64,000 nt of DNA, taken from assembly GCF_004010195.1 (NCBI RefSeq), contig NC_057756.1:1495476-1559475 (forward strand), read 5' to 3'. Of the stretch, positions 1 through 12,800 are shown piece by piece (position 1 is the first letter of the stretch; each line of letters starts with the position of its first letter). The translations under genes were made by a program, and so were the position numbers. This DNA is from Chiloscyllium plagiosum. Taxonomy: Eukaryota. The notes beneath the pieces are model-generated. The model searched no databases and was not told where the DNA came from. It saw nothing but the letters and a program-made list of their open reading frames with translations.

Positions 1-697
1 GTGCCAGAGTCCCGGTCACTGCAGCTTACCCCTGCTAGGCCGTTCCCCCCAACATTATCCAAAGCGGTATACTTATTGTTTAGGGGAACGACCGCAGGTG
101 ATCCCTGCACTGCCTGCTTCCTCCCCTTCCCACCTCTAACTGTTACCCAGCTACCTCTGTTCTCTGGCGTAGCTATGTCCCTGTAGCTTCTATCTATCAC
201 TCTCTCAGCCTCTCGAATAATCCTCAGTTCATCCAACTCCAGTTCCAGTTCCCTAACTCGTTCTGTGAGGAGCAGGATCTGACTGCATTTCCTGCAGAGT
301 ATCGGTGGTTACCCCTACCTCGAACATTCTGCAGGAGGAACATTCCACTGCCTGCGCTGCCATTACTTTACACCTCGTCTCTGAAAACAAGAACACTGAG
401 TAGCTTACCTGTGTACTTTAAAATTAGGTTAGAGGAGGAGGATGGGAGGGAGGCCCTACTATGTAGGGCCTGGGGTCGAGAACACACCCACTCAAATATC
501 AATCACTTACCTTCCCGACCAGCTCTGCGCTCCAACCTCACTTCCCCCCAGCTCGCGTCGCTCTCTGCTGTGAGAAGACCGTTGGCGTCGAGGTAAGTTC
601 TTTATATATCAGTCACTTACCTTCCCGACCAGCTCTGCGCTCCAACCTCACTTCCACCCAGCTCGCGCCGCTCTCTGCCGTGAGAAGACCGTTGGCA
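1..697 (-). mobile_element. CR1 LINE, 5' end (5'UTR plus start of ORF1)
   Basis: ATG at 363-361 reads MAAQAVECSSCRMFEV; after a frameshift, CRKCSQILLLTERVRELELELDELRIIREAE...SWVTVRGGKGRKQ...PLNNKYTALD. This fits a CR1 ORF1 zinc-finger/leucine-zipper N-terminus. Confidence 0.85.
503..696. repeat. Two near-identical 84-bp copies (period 110) in the CR1 5'UTR
   Basis: tcacttaccttcccgaccagctctgcgctccaacctcacttcc...gagaagaccgttggc at 503-586 and 613-696. Confidence 0.95.
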
Positions 698-782
698 TTA
701 AATTATGTATGTTGTTCAAAAAGTCAATTAATATTTAGTTTCCTCTATTTACTAAGCAGTGAATTAACATAATTTCACTCAC

Positions 783-809
783 CCTTATCTTTTTTGGCCA
801 GTTTTTGTT
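783..809 (-). CDS. Micro-exon, 27 nt: EQKLAKKDK
   Basis: gttaatttcccttAG|aacaaaaactggccaaaaaagataagg|GTgagt. Confidence 0.9.
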
Positions 810-3800
810 CTAAGGGAAATTAACAGCTTTTAAACAGAAAGCGGTGCGCCATGGATGAAACAGAATAGCATGTTTTAAACAATGTAAGCAGAAAATGTCA
901 GTTCCACACTTCATCAATATTTCATTAAATGATTGTTGAATACTGAAGAATGCATTCTTTGCAAAATGGCGAAAACAATGTGTTTTTTTTCCAGGACCTG
1001 ACAAAATACATTTCTATCATATTTCTCTTCTCTTGATTTATTCACTTTTCGGTTGCCTGCAAAATGCAGGACTCAAGTGGACACTGAATTAAATCAAAAT
1101 AATTATACTTCCATGTAGCATATGAAACACTTTGATGCACATTGATTAGAGAGAATGCTGCCTTTCTAATACTGTACATTATAAGGGGCAGCAATTCATC
1201 ATTTCAACTATGGAGTCTCAACCAGAAATTTTGGCTCAAGGCTGTACAATCTTGCATAAATCAATGAGCCAGTCTTTTGGGGAACAAATGGAGCGAACCT
1301 TTGCTTGTCCCTGAGAGAAAAAAATCAGATCTCTATTGTCTTCATTGTTTATTGCATAAGTTTCCACTTTGTTGCATAATTTCTCTCGCATGTGCAAACA
1401 TCTAGCCTGATGTTTCAAGTGTGTATCCCGAGCTCATAACTGTGATCTACTTCTAAGTATGTCCCAAAATTCCCATTGCCTGAAGAACGTGTTCTTGCAA
1501 AAAAAAAAGAATGTACCTCTTTTGTACTTTCAACTCCAATTGCGGAGTGGTTCAGAGGCTCATAAGCTGCGGCCGTGTTTATTAATACTTCACTTGTGGC
1601 AATTGATTTTGCGTATGCAGAATGCATTATGGCAACCTCTAAGTTGGAAGGTTAACAAAGACTGGTTTATTATTTTGTAGATAACGATCGTTCAGCCTAT
1701 TGGATTTTGCTGAACTTCCATCAAAATTATTTTACAGTTTGCTGCTCTACGACCTTCATGCCCAAGTGCAATGGAGGCGTGATTAATTGTAAGTTAAGTT
1801 CGATTAAACCCAAACACTGTCTGCATTGAATGCTGAACATGCTTCCAGGATCAAATGATTTGTCTGCTATTTTAAGTCATAGCACCTGCATTTATCTGTT
1901 TTTCGCATTTTGTATGTTTTTCTTTCTCTGTTTTTGGTTTCATGCTGTTTAAATTTGTATCAATTTTTCTTGCGTTTTGGTCCTTAATAAATAATGTCTG
2001 CAAGTGTTTTTGTTTTCATTTGTAAAACATTGCACAAACCGTTTTCATTTTACATCATGAAACATTCTGATACTTATTCCTTCTGTCTCTTCATTCACAA
2101 TTACATTTGAACTAAATTTATTTCCAACTTATAATTTAATTTACCATGCATTTAGGATTATTTTACTTGAATATTTCTCACGTTCAAATGAACGATCATT
2201 GTTATTTATAATGTTAACTTTGCTCCTGTCTATGTATGCTGCCTATCCCTTTTAAACCTCCTAAAATTTTCATTTAAAATGAAAGTCAGTTCATTTGTTA
2301 AATGGTCACGTTGAAAAGAAAACAAGAAACAGTGATTTGAACTTAGAAATTGATGAATTGAATTAATTATACCTACCCAGTTGAGCAATCTCAGTTTTCA
2401 GTGATTCAGTTTCTGTTAAAGAAAACAATGACTCTCATTAAGGACTGTATGTAGAAATCAGGCTGCTGTAGATCTTTAGAAGCAGGACAGAGTAAAAGTA
2501 ATTATCCATTTGTTTGCATGAATTGTAATTCAACTGTATTCGATAAATTATGCCACATACCAGTGTTCAGGTGGAGACTGCTTGATATAATTGTCATCAG
2601 CCTCAATTATATTTGAATTCCATCATTGTTTACCTCCTATTTTCACGAGTTTTCACTGAATCATATAATACCTATAGTGTGGGGACATGTTATTTAACCC
2701 AAGACGTCAATATGGAACATCCGAAGAGTAACTCACGCAGAACTACTCCTAACATACTACACCTCTTCTACCTACAAATTCCATTACTGGTAAACTATTA
2801 CAATATTTCTGAGTTTCTCAAAGATCTGGAGTCTTTCACAAACTCATTCTGATTGATTCTAACATGGAGCATTGGACTTCAGATATTCAAAAACTGAGCA
2901 CTGAGATTATGGTGTTATCCTTTTCCTCGACCCGCGCTGCTGTCTTTAATGAAAGATCATCACAATGGCCTCTCAAAAAATTGGTTGGGTGCACTAAGGC
3001 CCGTCAAATTTCACGTTGCGGTGGCAGCCAGGTTTGTATTTCAATATGCACCACGAATGTCATCATTGTACAATATTTGTTGATGTACAAAGACAAATCG
3101 CATACAGTAGAAAGTCATTCAGGATAACTGCTGATTGACAAATATATGCATATATCAGAAAAAACTAAACGACGAAATCATGGTCATTTTCGAATACACC
3201 TAACATAAGCAGAATTTGAACCATTCATAAGTGATGTCCTGAAAAGTTGATCGAAGCATATTGTCTGTCCATTGAACGTTTATACAAATGAATGATCGAT
3301 TTAACGGTTCACTGTCCATGTTTTCCATGACATATCACGTTTTCTTAATACCTGATTAGAGATTTAACCCTGACTTTTATTTTTAAAGTCGCCAAACCAA
3401 AATTAGATTTCAATTCCTTTTTTTGGAAACTGTTTGCCAACAATGAAAAGGCTTAACAAGGAGTTACTCATAATGACATATTGACTGTAGTCATTATGAT
3501 CCATCCTTAATATGCATCGTTTTTGATTTGCTGAAACAGAAAGACACTTCCCCTTATCTACGTTGAATAAAGCTGGCATTTCTACCTATTTTCCAGTTAA
3601 TCTTGAAAAATAAATAACATTTGCAGTCTTTCAGCTGCGTTCAGTTGTAAAACAAATTCTGATTGAAACAGACAGAAGTATTTTTTCCTGTTTCCTTGCT
3701 TAACCAGCTGGTTATTTGCTTAAATATATTCTTCATCGACTGTCTCATCTCCTCTGAGGTTTGCCATCCCGTCAAATTTACTTATTTGCAAGCTTACAGC

Positions 3801-6800
3801 TGAAAACTAATGTGAAGCAATTTAACATTTTTAAAAATTAACCAACTTCTGATGTATCTGAAACGTCATTCGTAAAGAAAACTCAGAACCTCCGTTATAT
3901 TTAAGAACTGCTTGCACTTTTCACAATTTGTAACCATTTCAATTGCACACTAATGCCTCATTCCTGTCGCTTACCTTTGCTTTTATTGTCCAACCGAGTC
4001 TCTGGGGAAATAGAAAATAGAAGCAAATTATGCAAAATTAACAGTTACAAGCAGGTTAAAAATCATGTCAGCAACCAAAGGTACAAACAAAACTCTATCT
4101 GAATAAAATAAAATGATATAAAGCACAATGCTCGGAAAATATCCACTCTTCCGATGTACTTTTCTCTGAACTTTCCTCAATAGACTTTTTTTTCAGATAT
4201 CCAGGAAATTCCCTGACTAAAACAACGCATTTACTGTCACCAACTATATTGTCAAATCAGATAAATATAAGTTATTTTCCACCAATGTGATGTTTTTCAC
4301 TTCCTCCATCAGAACTACTTTTACACATTTTAGTTTTGCTCTCGAATACTTTGCCTCAGTTCTCTTTACTTTACTTTTACATTCACAGACTGGTTGTGAA
4401 AATATATTCAAACTTTGAAGGGGAAGCAATAGAAGTAAACACAACTTATTTTGGAACTTCCATAAATACAATGTTAATTTTCATTATTGATGCATCATGA
4501 TTTTCTCTATAAATACCAAATTTATCAGTATGAATGCATAGTGGAACAATTGTCAGTTTAATTATAATTCACAGTGTTCGTTTTTGGGACATGTGTTTCT
4601 CTAACAATTCACCAATTTTATTACCCACGTTATTTTCATTGAGCCATAATGAGTCTTCTTTTACGAAGGTTGGTATGCCGCTATGATTTTAGACGTAGAT
4701 TTCCAATATTTTATAAGAACTATGATGGATTGGAATCAATGAAATTCATCTTGGCGGGACCTTTGATGTGATTGCTTCTCCAGTCACCGATTCAACGTCA
4801 ATGATATTTATGGAGGATATTGATGAGATGTTGCGTTTGACCCTTTCATCTTCCTCATTTCAGTCATGGTTCATCCAGTGTTGATGCCTTAAAACTTTAG
4901 CTGGGCTACGCTATAGTTATTCTTGAGTTTTCTGGGATGATTTTGCGCATTTTGGTTGCTTAAATCAGGCTGAATTCAGAGTCTGAAATAATAGCTTGTA
5001 GATTGAGTAGGAATTGGAAGCATCTTCCGATGTGTACGCCTGTTCGATTTGTTGCTGACAACACTATGCTGCTGTGTAAAAGCTGCAGAACTGCTGTAAA
5101 TATTTCTCCTCGATTATCGGAAAGCATCATAAATTGAGATTCGTGCTTAACTGATTCTCACAAAAGTGAACATTTCTAGTTAGCAGAAAGTCCATGGATA
5201 TTGTTTTTCCCAGTAATTTGTGACGGTGTTTAGCTGCCGGATTAAGTACAAAATGACTTACCAAGATTATCAAAAGCGTTTTTCGTTTTTTCCAACGCTG
5301 TATGCAAAATATAACTCAAATAAGGATGAGTTTGGCAATGTGATTTGCAGGCGCACTCAGAATTAATCTAACCCCGTTGATTTTTTTTATGTTATTGCAT
5401 TGTTTACTTATTCAGGAAAATGATTCTCGATGTCTCAAATGACATCGAATATCTACTCAAAACGTTATTTCGTGTGTTAACAGCGAAACACATTTGAATC
5501 AACGTAGTCCACGTGTCATAATTGAAGTGGGTTGCACAACAATCAAGATCCAACGTGTTTACGTTGTTTTAATTTCACATGGAAACTGTGTAGCCCTTCT
5601 TGAATTACCCTTCAAAAACCAAACACTAGACAGTAGACATTTCGTTCAATAAACTGATGGATTCAATGATATCGATTGTCAAAAAAAAAACATGCGTGGC
5701 TTAACCCATGCATGGAGTTCGAATTTGCAGACCATCAGAAAAAAAATGAGATAGTAACACACAACAGAGAGAAAGCAACAGTAATATTATTGACATCATA
5801 GTTGAGGAAGAATGGTAATGATTTTCAACAGCATTCGGTCTATTTGCATGCGAGCATTAGTGACGTGGATGACTTCTCAAATTGGACAACACGTGGCAAA
5901 ATGCAACTTGAGCAATTGCATAAAATGTTACTGATGATCAACTAATGAATATCAATCATTTGTGCTTCTCATTTCCTGTCATTTCAAAATATAGATAATA
6001 AAAACATTACTTTGCACACAATGGCAGTTAGTCTGTTACATGTTTCATACTCTTGCCGAATATATGCTCCTTAAAGTATCTGCATTTCAAGGGTAAAGCC
6101 GAAATCCACTCTGTTTGCAACGTCTTGAATGTGTAGAGTAGGTTGAACATATATCATCAGAACGAACATAAGAAAAGTTAAATCCCTACTACTATTTCTT
6201 ATATTTGTGTGCATCTAAACTGACAACCATTGCAAACAGAGTAATCCATTTTTGCTTTGTTAGCTCTGATCTCACAAAACCCCAAAATCTAATAAAGTCC
6301 ATTATCGTGACATTTTTGCAGTAATAAAAAAGACGATGTCATTTTTCCTCCATCGTTTCCATAGCATACGTTATAGTAAGTGTGTGAAATTTAGGCACAA
6401 TCATATTATAATTCTGAAGCAGCACATCGTATCAGCTTAACTATTTCTATTCTCTGACGACTGCTGAGTAATGATTAGACAATAGAAACCGGCGAGAAAT
6501 CTTAAACTGGATCTGCTGAAGATAGAGGGAGAAAAATATTTCAAAAAAGTAAAGAAAATCTTGCGAATTTATGGCCAATCAGCACATCCTTCAATGAGAA
6601 AGTTGAGGCTAACAATCTTTTCATAGTGAGGCAAAACATGAAATCATGTTTGGTTTCTTACCTTTTAATTTGTCATTTACGTCGTTTTCTAAGTGCAACA
6701 TATATATAAAACATAGAACATATCTTTAGAGGTGCACCATCGTCTCCATATCACAAAATACAGTCTTTCTCACAATAATAGTTTCTGCATGTTTCATTTA

Positions 6801-9800
6801 ATGAAGAGTAACAGAAAGATATTCACTACGACGATCTTATAGATATATGGGAGTGCTTTATGTTTCAAACATATGAAACATTTTCATTATTTATACATTC
6901 ATCTCAATGTTGTAAAGTAATAATGTTAATAATCTGAAATGTGTGCGCAGCTAGCAAGGCAAGGAGTTCTTGCTCATTCATAATTGACTTGAATTGGCAA
7001 ATACTTGAAATGCTGACAATTATCTGGAAACGGATATTTACAGTTTTATTTGAATCAGAGATGTGCAATTTTGCTTCAGATCTATGGAAAGAAACAGACA
7101 TAACAGAAGCTACGGACTTTAAGTGCGTTGTGGAGGATTACTGTCGTTTGACATTTTGGCTTTTTTCTGTGAGACTTATCGCATTCTAGGATTTTTTGAT
7201 GGAGCCTTGGTCAGTTCGTGTACAAAAAGGGCCTTCACATTGTGATAACCGACGGAAAAATCTTACGCGTGTTAAACAAAGACACATGTTTGAAATTCTT
7301 CTCTGATGATACAAACATTAACAGAATAACAAATAAGGTTATTCAGAGAAACGAGAAACCTATAGTTCATTTGAAGGCATGTATTAAAAAAAAGCGATTT
7401 AACTTGGTTGCAAAGATCATCATGATTTGGCATTCAGAATTTCTTTAATCCTCCGTAGGATTACATGAAATGTTGTTGACCGAAATTTGACATTGACAGC
7501 AGTGAGGGATTCAAGATGTAACAATTATCTGCTTGCTTTTTTGAAAAACAATCTGGAGAAGAATATTTGATTGTTGGATATTTCATAGTATTGCAATAAA
7601 CAATGAGACATCCAAAGTAACTTTTTGATGCAAACAAATTCCATTGTTCTTTTGGCAATAATTTCTAAACTAATAGAAATGACATATCTCACGGGGACAG
7701 AAACAATGAAAAGAACGACCGAATTGATTACCAGCGTTCAAAATAGAAAGACAGGGGCAACTGAATACTTCGTACTCACGGCAGTCCTGGAGTTCAGTTC
7801 TAGATCTTGCCAATTCTGGAATGTGGCAACAATGAGAAATAAGAATGATTATTTTAATTTGACAGAAAACATTTACTGCATAGCTGAAAGTTATCCATTC
7901 AAGTCAATGGCAGCAACAAAATCAATAAAAGCTGCAAAACCACATGGCGTTATTCCCCAAAACAATAATACTGTAAAATCTTCCTTTGAGAAATTATTAA
8001 ATTTAAAATAGGCACGTTGAACAATTGGCAATGACATTGCCAATGATCTATCACTTTGTCACGGAAAAATGAGAATCGATTCAAGGAAAATTAATACATG
8101 TAGAATACTTACAAGAAAAACATAGACGTTAAAAAGTAGTTAGTCAGGGCGATATAACATTTGTAATATTCTAGAAAGCATTGAGTACTACTGAGATAAG
8201 GCAGAGAAATGACAGTGATGATTGGACCGTTAAGTTTTAATTATGGCTTCAGATGTGGTCAACACTGGCATACATGAGTCTAAAATTTCGAAGATAAAAG
8301 AGAAAAATGGTTCCAAGCTACTTTTAGTTCAGAAGAAATATAATTGGACCTGAAACGTTAATTCAACGTTTTTTCCACAGACGCTGCCTGGTCTTTCTCC
8401 CGAATGTTTTTTTCTTTTTCGGTTTTCCAGCATTCGTACTACTTTTAATATTTTAGTTGGAGCTGGGAGTGAGTGATGAAAATTTCCAAGCCCTTGAGCT
8501 TCTCGAACATGTTTTAGAATCGTGATTTTAGTATGAATAAAAGTGTGGGCTCCAACAAGGTTAGCCAGACCTCAGTGATTGGTAAGAGTATACTAATCAT
8601 AGAACTGTGATACAGGGAGCCATTCAAAAGGGTGTGGAAAAGACAACAAATGTTTCTGTAATCGGGGACTGTACAACTAGGGAAAAGGTGATCTCTCGTT
8701 GTCAGGATGGAAAGTACAAAACGCTGCCTGGTGGCCTGGATCAGCAAATATTTTTTGGGTTGAAGAGAAACTTGGATTGAAAGGGGAAGGATTGAGTTGT
8801 CGGAGCCCACATGGGCAAAAGCAAAAAAGGGAGGAAAAGAAAACATGTTCTTCTCAAGGAATATGAGCAGCTAAGGGCTAAATTATAAAACATAACCAAA
8901 AGGAGAATATTCTCTGGATTGCTACCTTATTCACGAACCATGTGGAATCGAGTTTACAAGACTAAAAATGTAAACTGGAGTGCTATGATGAAGATTAGTT
9001 GGAAGACAGAGAATTGAGAATTCTTTAACACAAAGCAGCAAAGGACAAAAAGTCAATAAAGTGTAGAAGATGTAATATGTGAGTAAGTTAGCAAATAATA
9101 CAGAAGAATATGCAGGAGATTTTTTTATATATTTAATAGTAAGAAAGAGGCAAGAGTAGACGTTGCACCACTGAAAATGTCAATTAGCGAAAGTAGCAAT
9201 GCAGGTCAAAAAGTCACGGTTGAACACAAAGGGTACCTTCTATTCGTTTTCATTAAGGAAGCAGTAAACCAGAGCGTTAAGAAATTCAAGGGCAGAGATG
9301 AGTCAAGCGACCATCGCTGAGGACAAGGTACTGTGGTATTTGTAAGTTATGAAGGTTCTGATGCAGGTATCTGAGGAAATCCTCGATGCTTTGGCGGTGA
9401 TCCTTCAGGAATACGTGGAGTCAGGATTGTAGCAGAAGTCCGAAAAATAGCTATTGTAATAATCTCTGCTTTCGGACGGGAGGGAGGCAGAATACCTGAA
9501 ACAAGATGTTGATTAGACAGACCGCAGTGATAGGTAAGATTTTAGACGTTATTATTAGGAATAAGATTGCAGAGTACCTGAAAGTGCTTGTTAAATTAGA
9601 GCTCAGACAGCATGGCTTTGTTACCGAGAGGCCATGCCTGACAAATCAGTTAGACTTGTTTGAGGAGGTAGCATGCTACATAGACAACGGACGGCTGATA
9701 GACAGGATCTTCTTTGATTTCCAAAAGGCCTTTTGCAAGGTCAAGAAGACAGGAGGACAACACAGTGCACAGAATACTGCTAATGTGTTAACGATAAAAT

Positions 9801-12800
9801 ATTTGGCTGGCATGGAGGATTAACTCACTGACAGAAATCAAATAATTGGGTTAAACGCATCCTTTTCAGGATGATAGACGGTGACGATTGGAACTTTGCA
9901 AGAATTCGTGTTTTGCCACAACTATTCATGTTGTGTATCAGTTATTTGGAGGATGGAACTGCTAAGTTCCATCACAAGCACAAAGATAAATGGAGGGACA
10001 GGTAGAGTTGAGAAGTGGAGTTACTGAAGATGGGCTTGCACAGGCCAGAACAGTGAGTACACAAGTGACAAATTGAATAGTATGTAGAGAAGTATGAAGT
10101 TATGCACCTTGGCAGGAACAAATGAAGATTAGACATTTTTCGAAACGGATCAGGAGAAAGTGAGTTTTGCAGATGCTGGAAATTAGAGTCGACAGTGTAT
10201 TGCTGGGAAAGCACAGCAAGTGAGGCAGCATGCTTCATCAGGGCTCTGACCAAAAAGTCGATTCTCCTGCTCCTCCGGTACTGCGTGACCTGCTATACTT
10301 TTCCAGCAACACACTCTCGACTCTTTTTGAAACGGTAAAGTATCTGAAGGACAAAGAGATATGTGCGTCCGATTGCAAGACTCTTTTAAGGTTAGCAAAA
10401 ATGTTCAGCTGGCAGTTAAGAAGGTAAATGCAATGTTAGAATTAATTCCAAGCGGGCTAGATGCAAGAGAAGCGATTTAGGTCTGAGGCTGTAAAAAGGT
10501 TCTGGACTGAAAAACTTCGAAAACTGGAGCAATTTTCAGAGCATATCGAAGGAAGGATTTGCTGAACTTGGAGCGGTGCAGTCGATGAGTCAATGATAAC
10601 GGGGGTGAAACTTGTCATGTGAGGAATGATTGAGAACTCTGGGTCTGTAGCGCGAGGCCATGCCAATTCCAAACTGTTTCATCTGGCCCGTTACTTCAAG
10701 TTCAGCACCATCAGTTCCCAGGAGATGCAGAACTTCGTACGACTGCTCCTGAACAAGTACGTTTTGCCAGAGGGTAAAAAGGCGCAGATAATGTTCACCA
10801 GTTCCAAAAATCAGTCAGAGTCATTTAAAATAATGCCATAGATTCCAAAGACAGATTTGGCCATACCTTCTCTGGTTTGTATCGATGACAGAATGTATGC
10901 ACTTATTTCAAAACTCTCTTAAATTTGATATAACTATGACATTTTCTAGAGAAAAAATATAAGGTCACAATATCATGTGGAAATGGATGGAAGAAATATT
11001 ATCGAACGTTCATTGCTAAGTTTACCTTGGTCATTCCGACGAATTTTTTCATCTGTTAACAAAGAAAAACTTTGGATTGTTCAATATCACCGCTACAAAC
11101 CCTAGATTTACACAGTCTGTAACCATCAATTGACTCTTATATTCAATGAAATTAACGGTTTTCTGTGTAACACATTATTGCGACTGAAACATGTGCGTAC
11201 ATATGTCTTCAGTACACTCTTACTGAATTTAAAATATCTCGGAATCTGATTTCTAATGCCACAAGTTCAGTTGATATTTCCCGTTTAGACCTTATCAATT
11301 GCATCCCTCCTTCATATCTTAGCGATTTATTTTTACAAACATAATTTTAAATTCCTCCTTGTGTAAAAACCTTAAGACTATTTTGGCATTTTCAAATTCA
11401 TGCTTCCATTGTCTTTTCACCTAATTTACTCAAAATATCTTAACGACTGCAACTAAGCATTATTTATGCATGAGCGTTATGGTCAATAAAATCGATACCC
11501 ATTTCTATTGCTCACTATGACTGTTTTCTTGTAATTGCGACCATTTTATTAAATGTATCCGAAGCATAAAATAACTACATAAATACATCTGAGCGCATTT
11601 TTTTACTGGCGAGAAGCATGACGTATATGGCAATTGTATGAACTGAGTTAACCCAAACACATATTTGATTACGGATGAATTTGTCTCACCTAAATCTTGA
11701 AGCTTTTTCTGCAGAGCTGCAATTTCTGCAACCAAGGGGAAACAAGAAGAAATATTACGCATTTCAAGATGTAGAATAGGAAGAGGAAGAGCATAATTGT
11801 CAGTATGGACAAGAGCAGTCTGTTCATATCGTTTTTTTGCACACAGAATGACGATTAAATGATATTAATTGAACAGGTTGCAACTCAAGGTTCACAAACA
11901 GGCCACGCGGTGTCTATTTACATGCTGATGCTCTTTTAATAGAGAATTCAGCTGTCCATGTGTCCGCAGCTTGACAATCTTGTTCTTGGCTCCCTATTAA
12001 AACCATCGAAATATGAAAGGAATTTTTGCTGTCACACATCAACCGTCTATGAACAAAATAATAGAGAACTTCAGGAAACACAGCATGACCCGGTAGGTGT
12101 ACCCCACCTAGGATTACAACTGCATATTACAAAAGAGTCAATTCTTCGAATTTGCATCCACTGTAAACTTGCCACAATGCAGTTTGGTTTATGATTCATG
12201 CTCCCTGTGCAGACGAGGTCAGAGGCTCGTGAAAATAGCAAAATGAGCATAGCAACACGATGTAGCGAAACAATCAAAAGGGTGGAGAAAAGAGAAATGT
12301 GTATTTATTTGGCGACAATTTAGTCGTGGAACAGGCAATGATTTCAATGGTCAGGATGGAGATTACTGAAGGGTGCGCTTTTTGCCTGGTCCTTTAGTTT
12401 AGGATACTTGTTTTCGGCTGTAGACGTACGAGGGAGGTAAAGGGAACACATAGAACATAGAAAAGGGAAAGATCCAGTTATCAAGGTCCACGTAGTCGCC
12501 CACCACTGATCTGGTGAGCAAAGATGAAAGAGGTTTGGCTACCGAAATGTGAACAGCTAGGGACAAATTAAAAACAAAAGAAACAAAAGCTAATAACATC
12601 CAAGTGTTACGTGATATACGAGCTAATTGAAACAGTGTGAATACAATTAAAGAGGTAAACGTGAAGCTAAAAATCGGTATGGGAGAAATGTATTCAAATT
12701 TAGGGGACATTGGCATTAGTATTAGGGAAGAGGGAGGTGTTCCAAATGGTGGCGTCACTGGAAATATGCTAGGACAAGAGTCCTGATAAATTGCAAACTG

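Noticed and set aside
4244..4471. ORF with a signal-peptide-like start (LCLLLLLPLQSL)
   Set aside because: Non-ATG start, no recognisable domain, and it lies within an intron of the array; probably chance.
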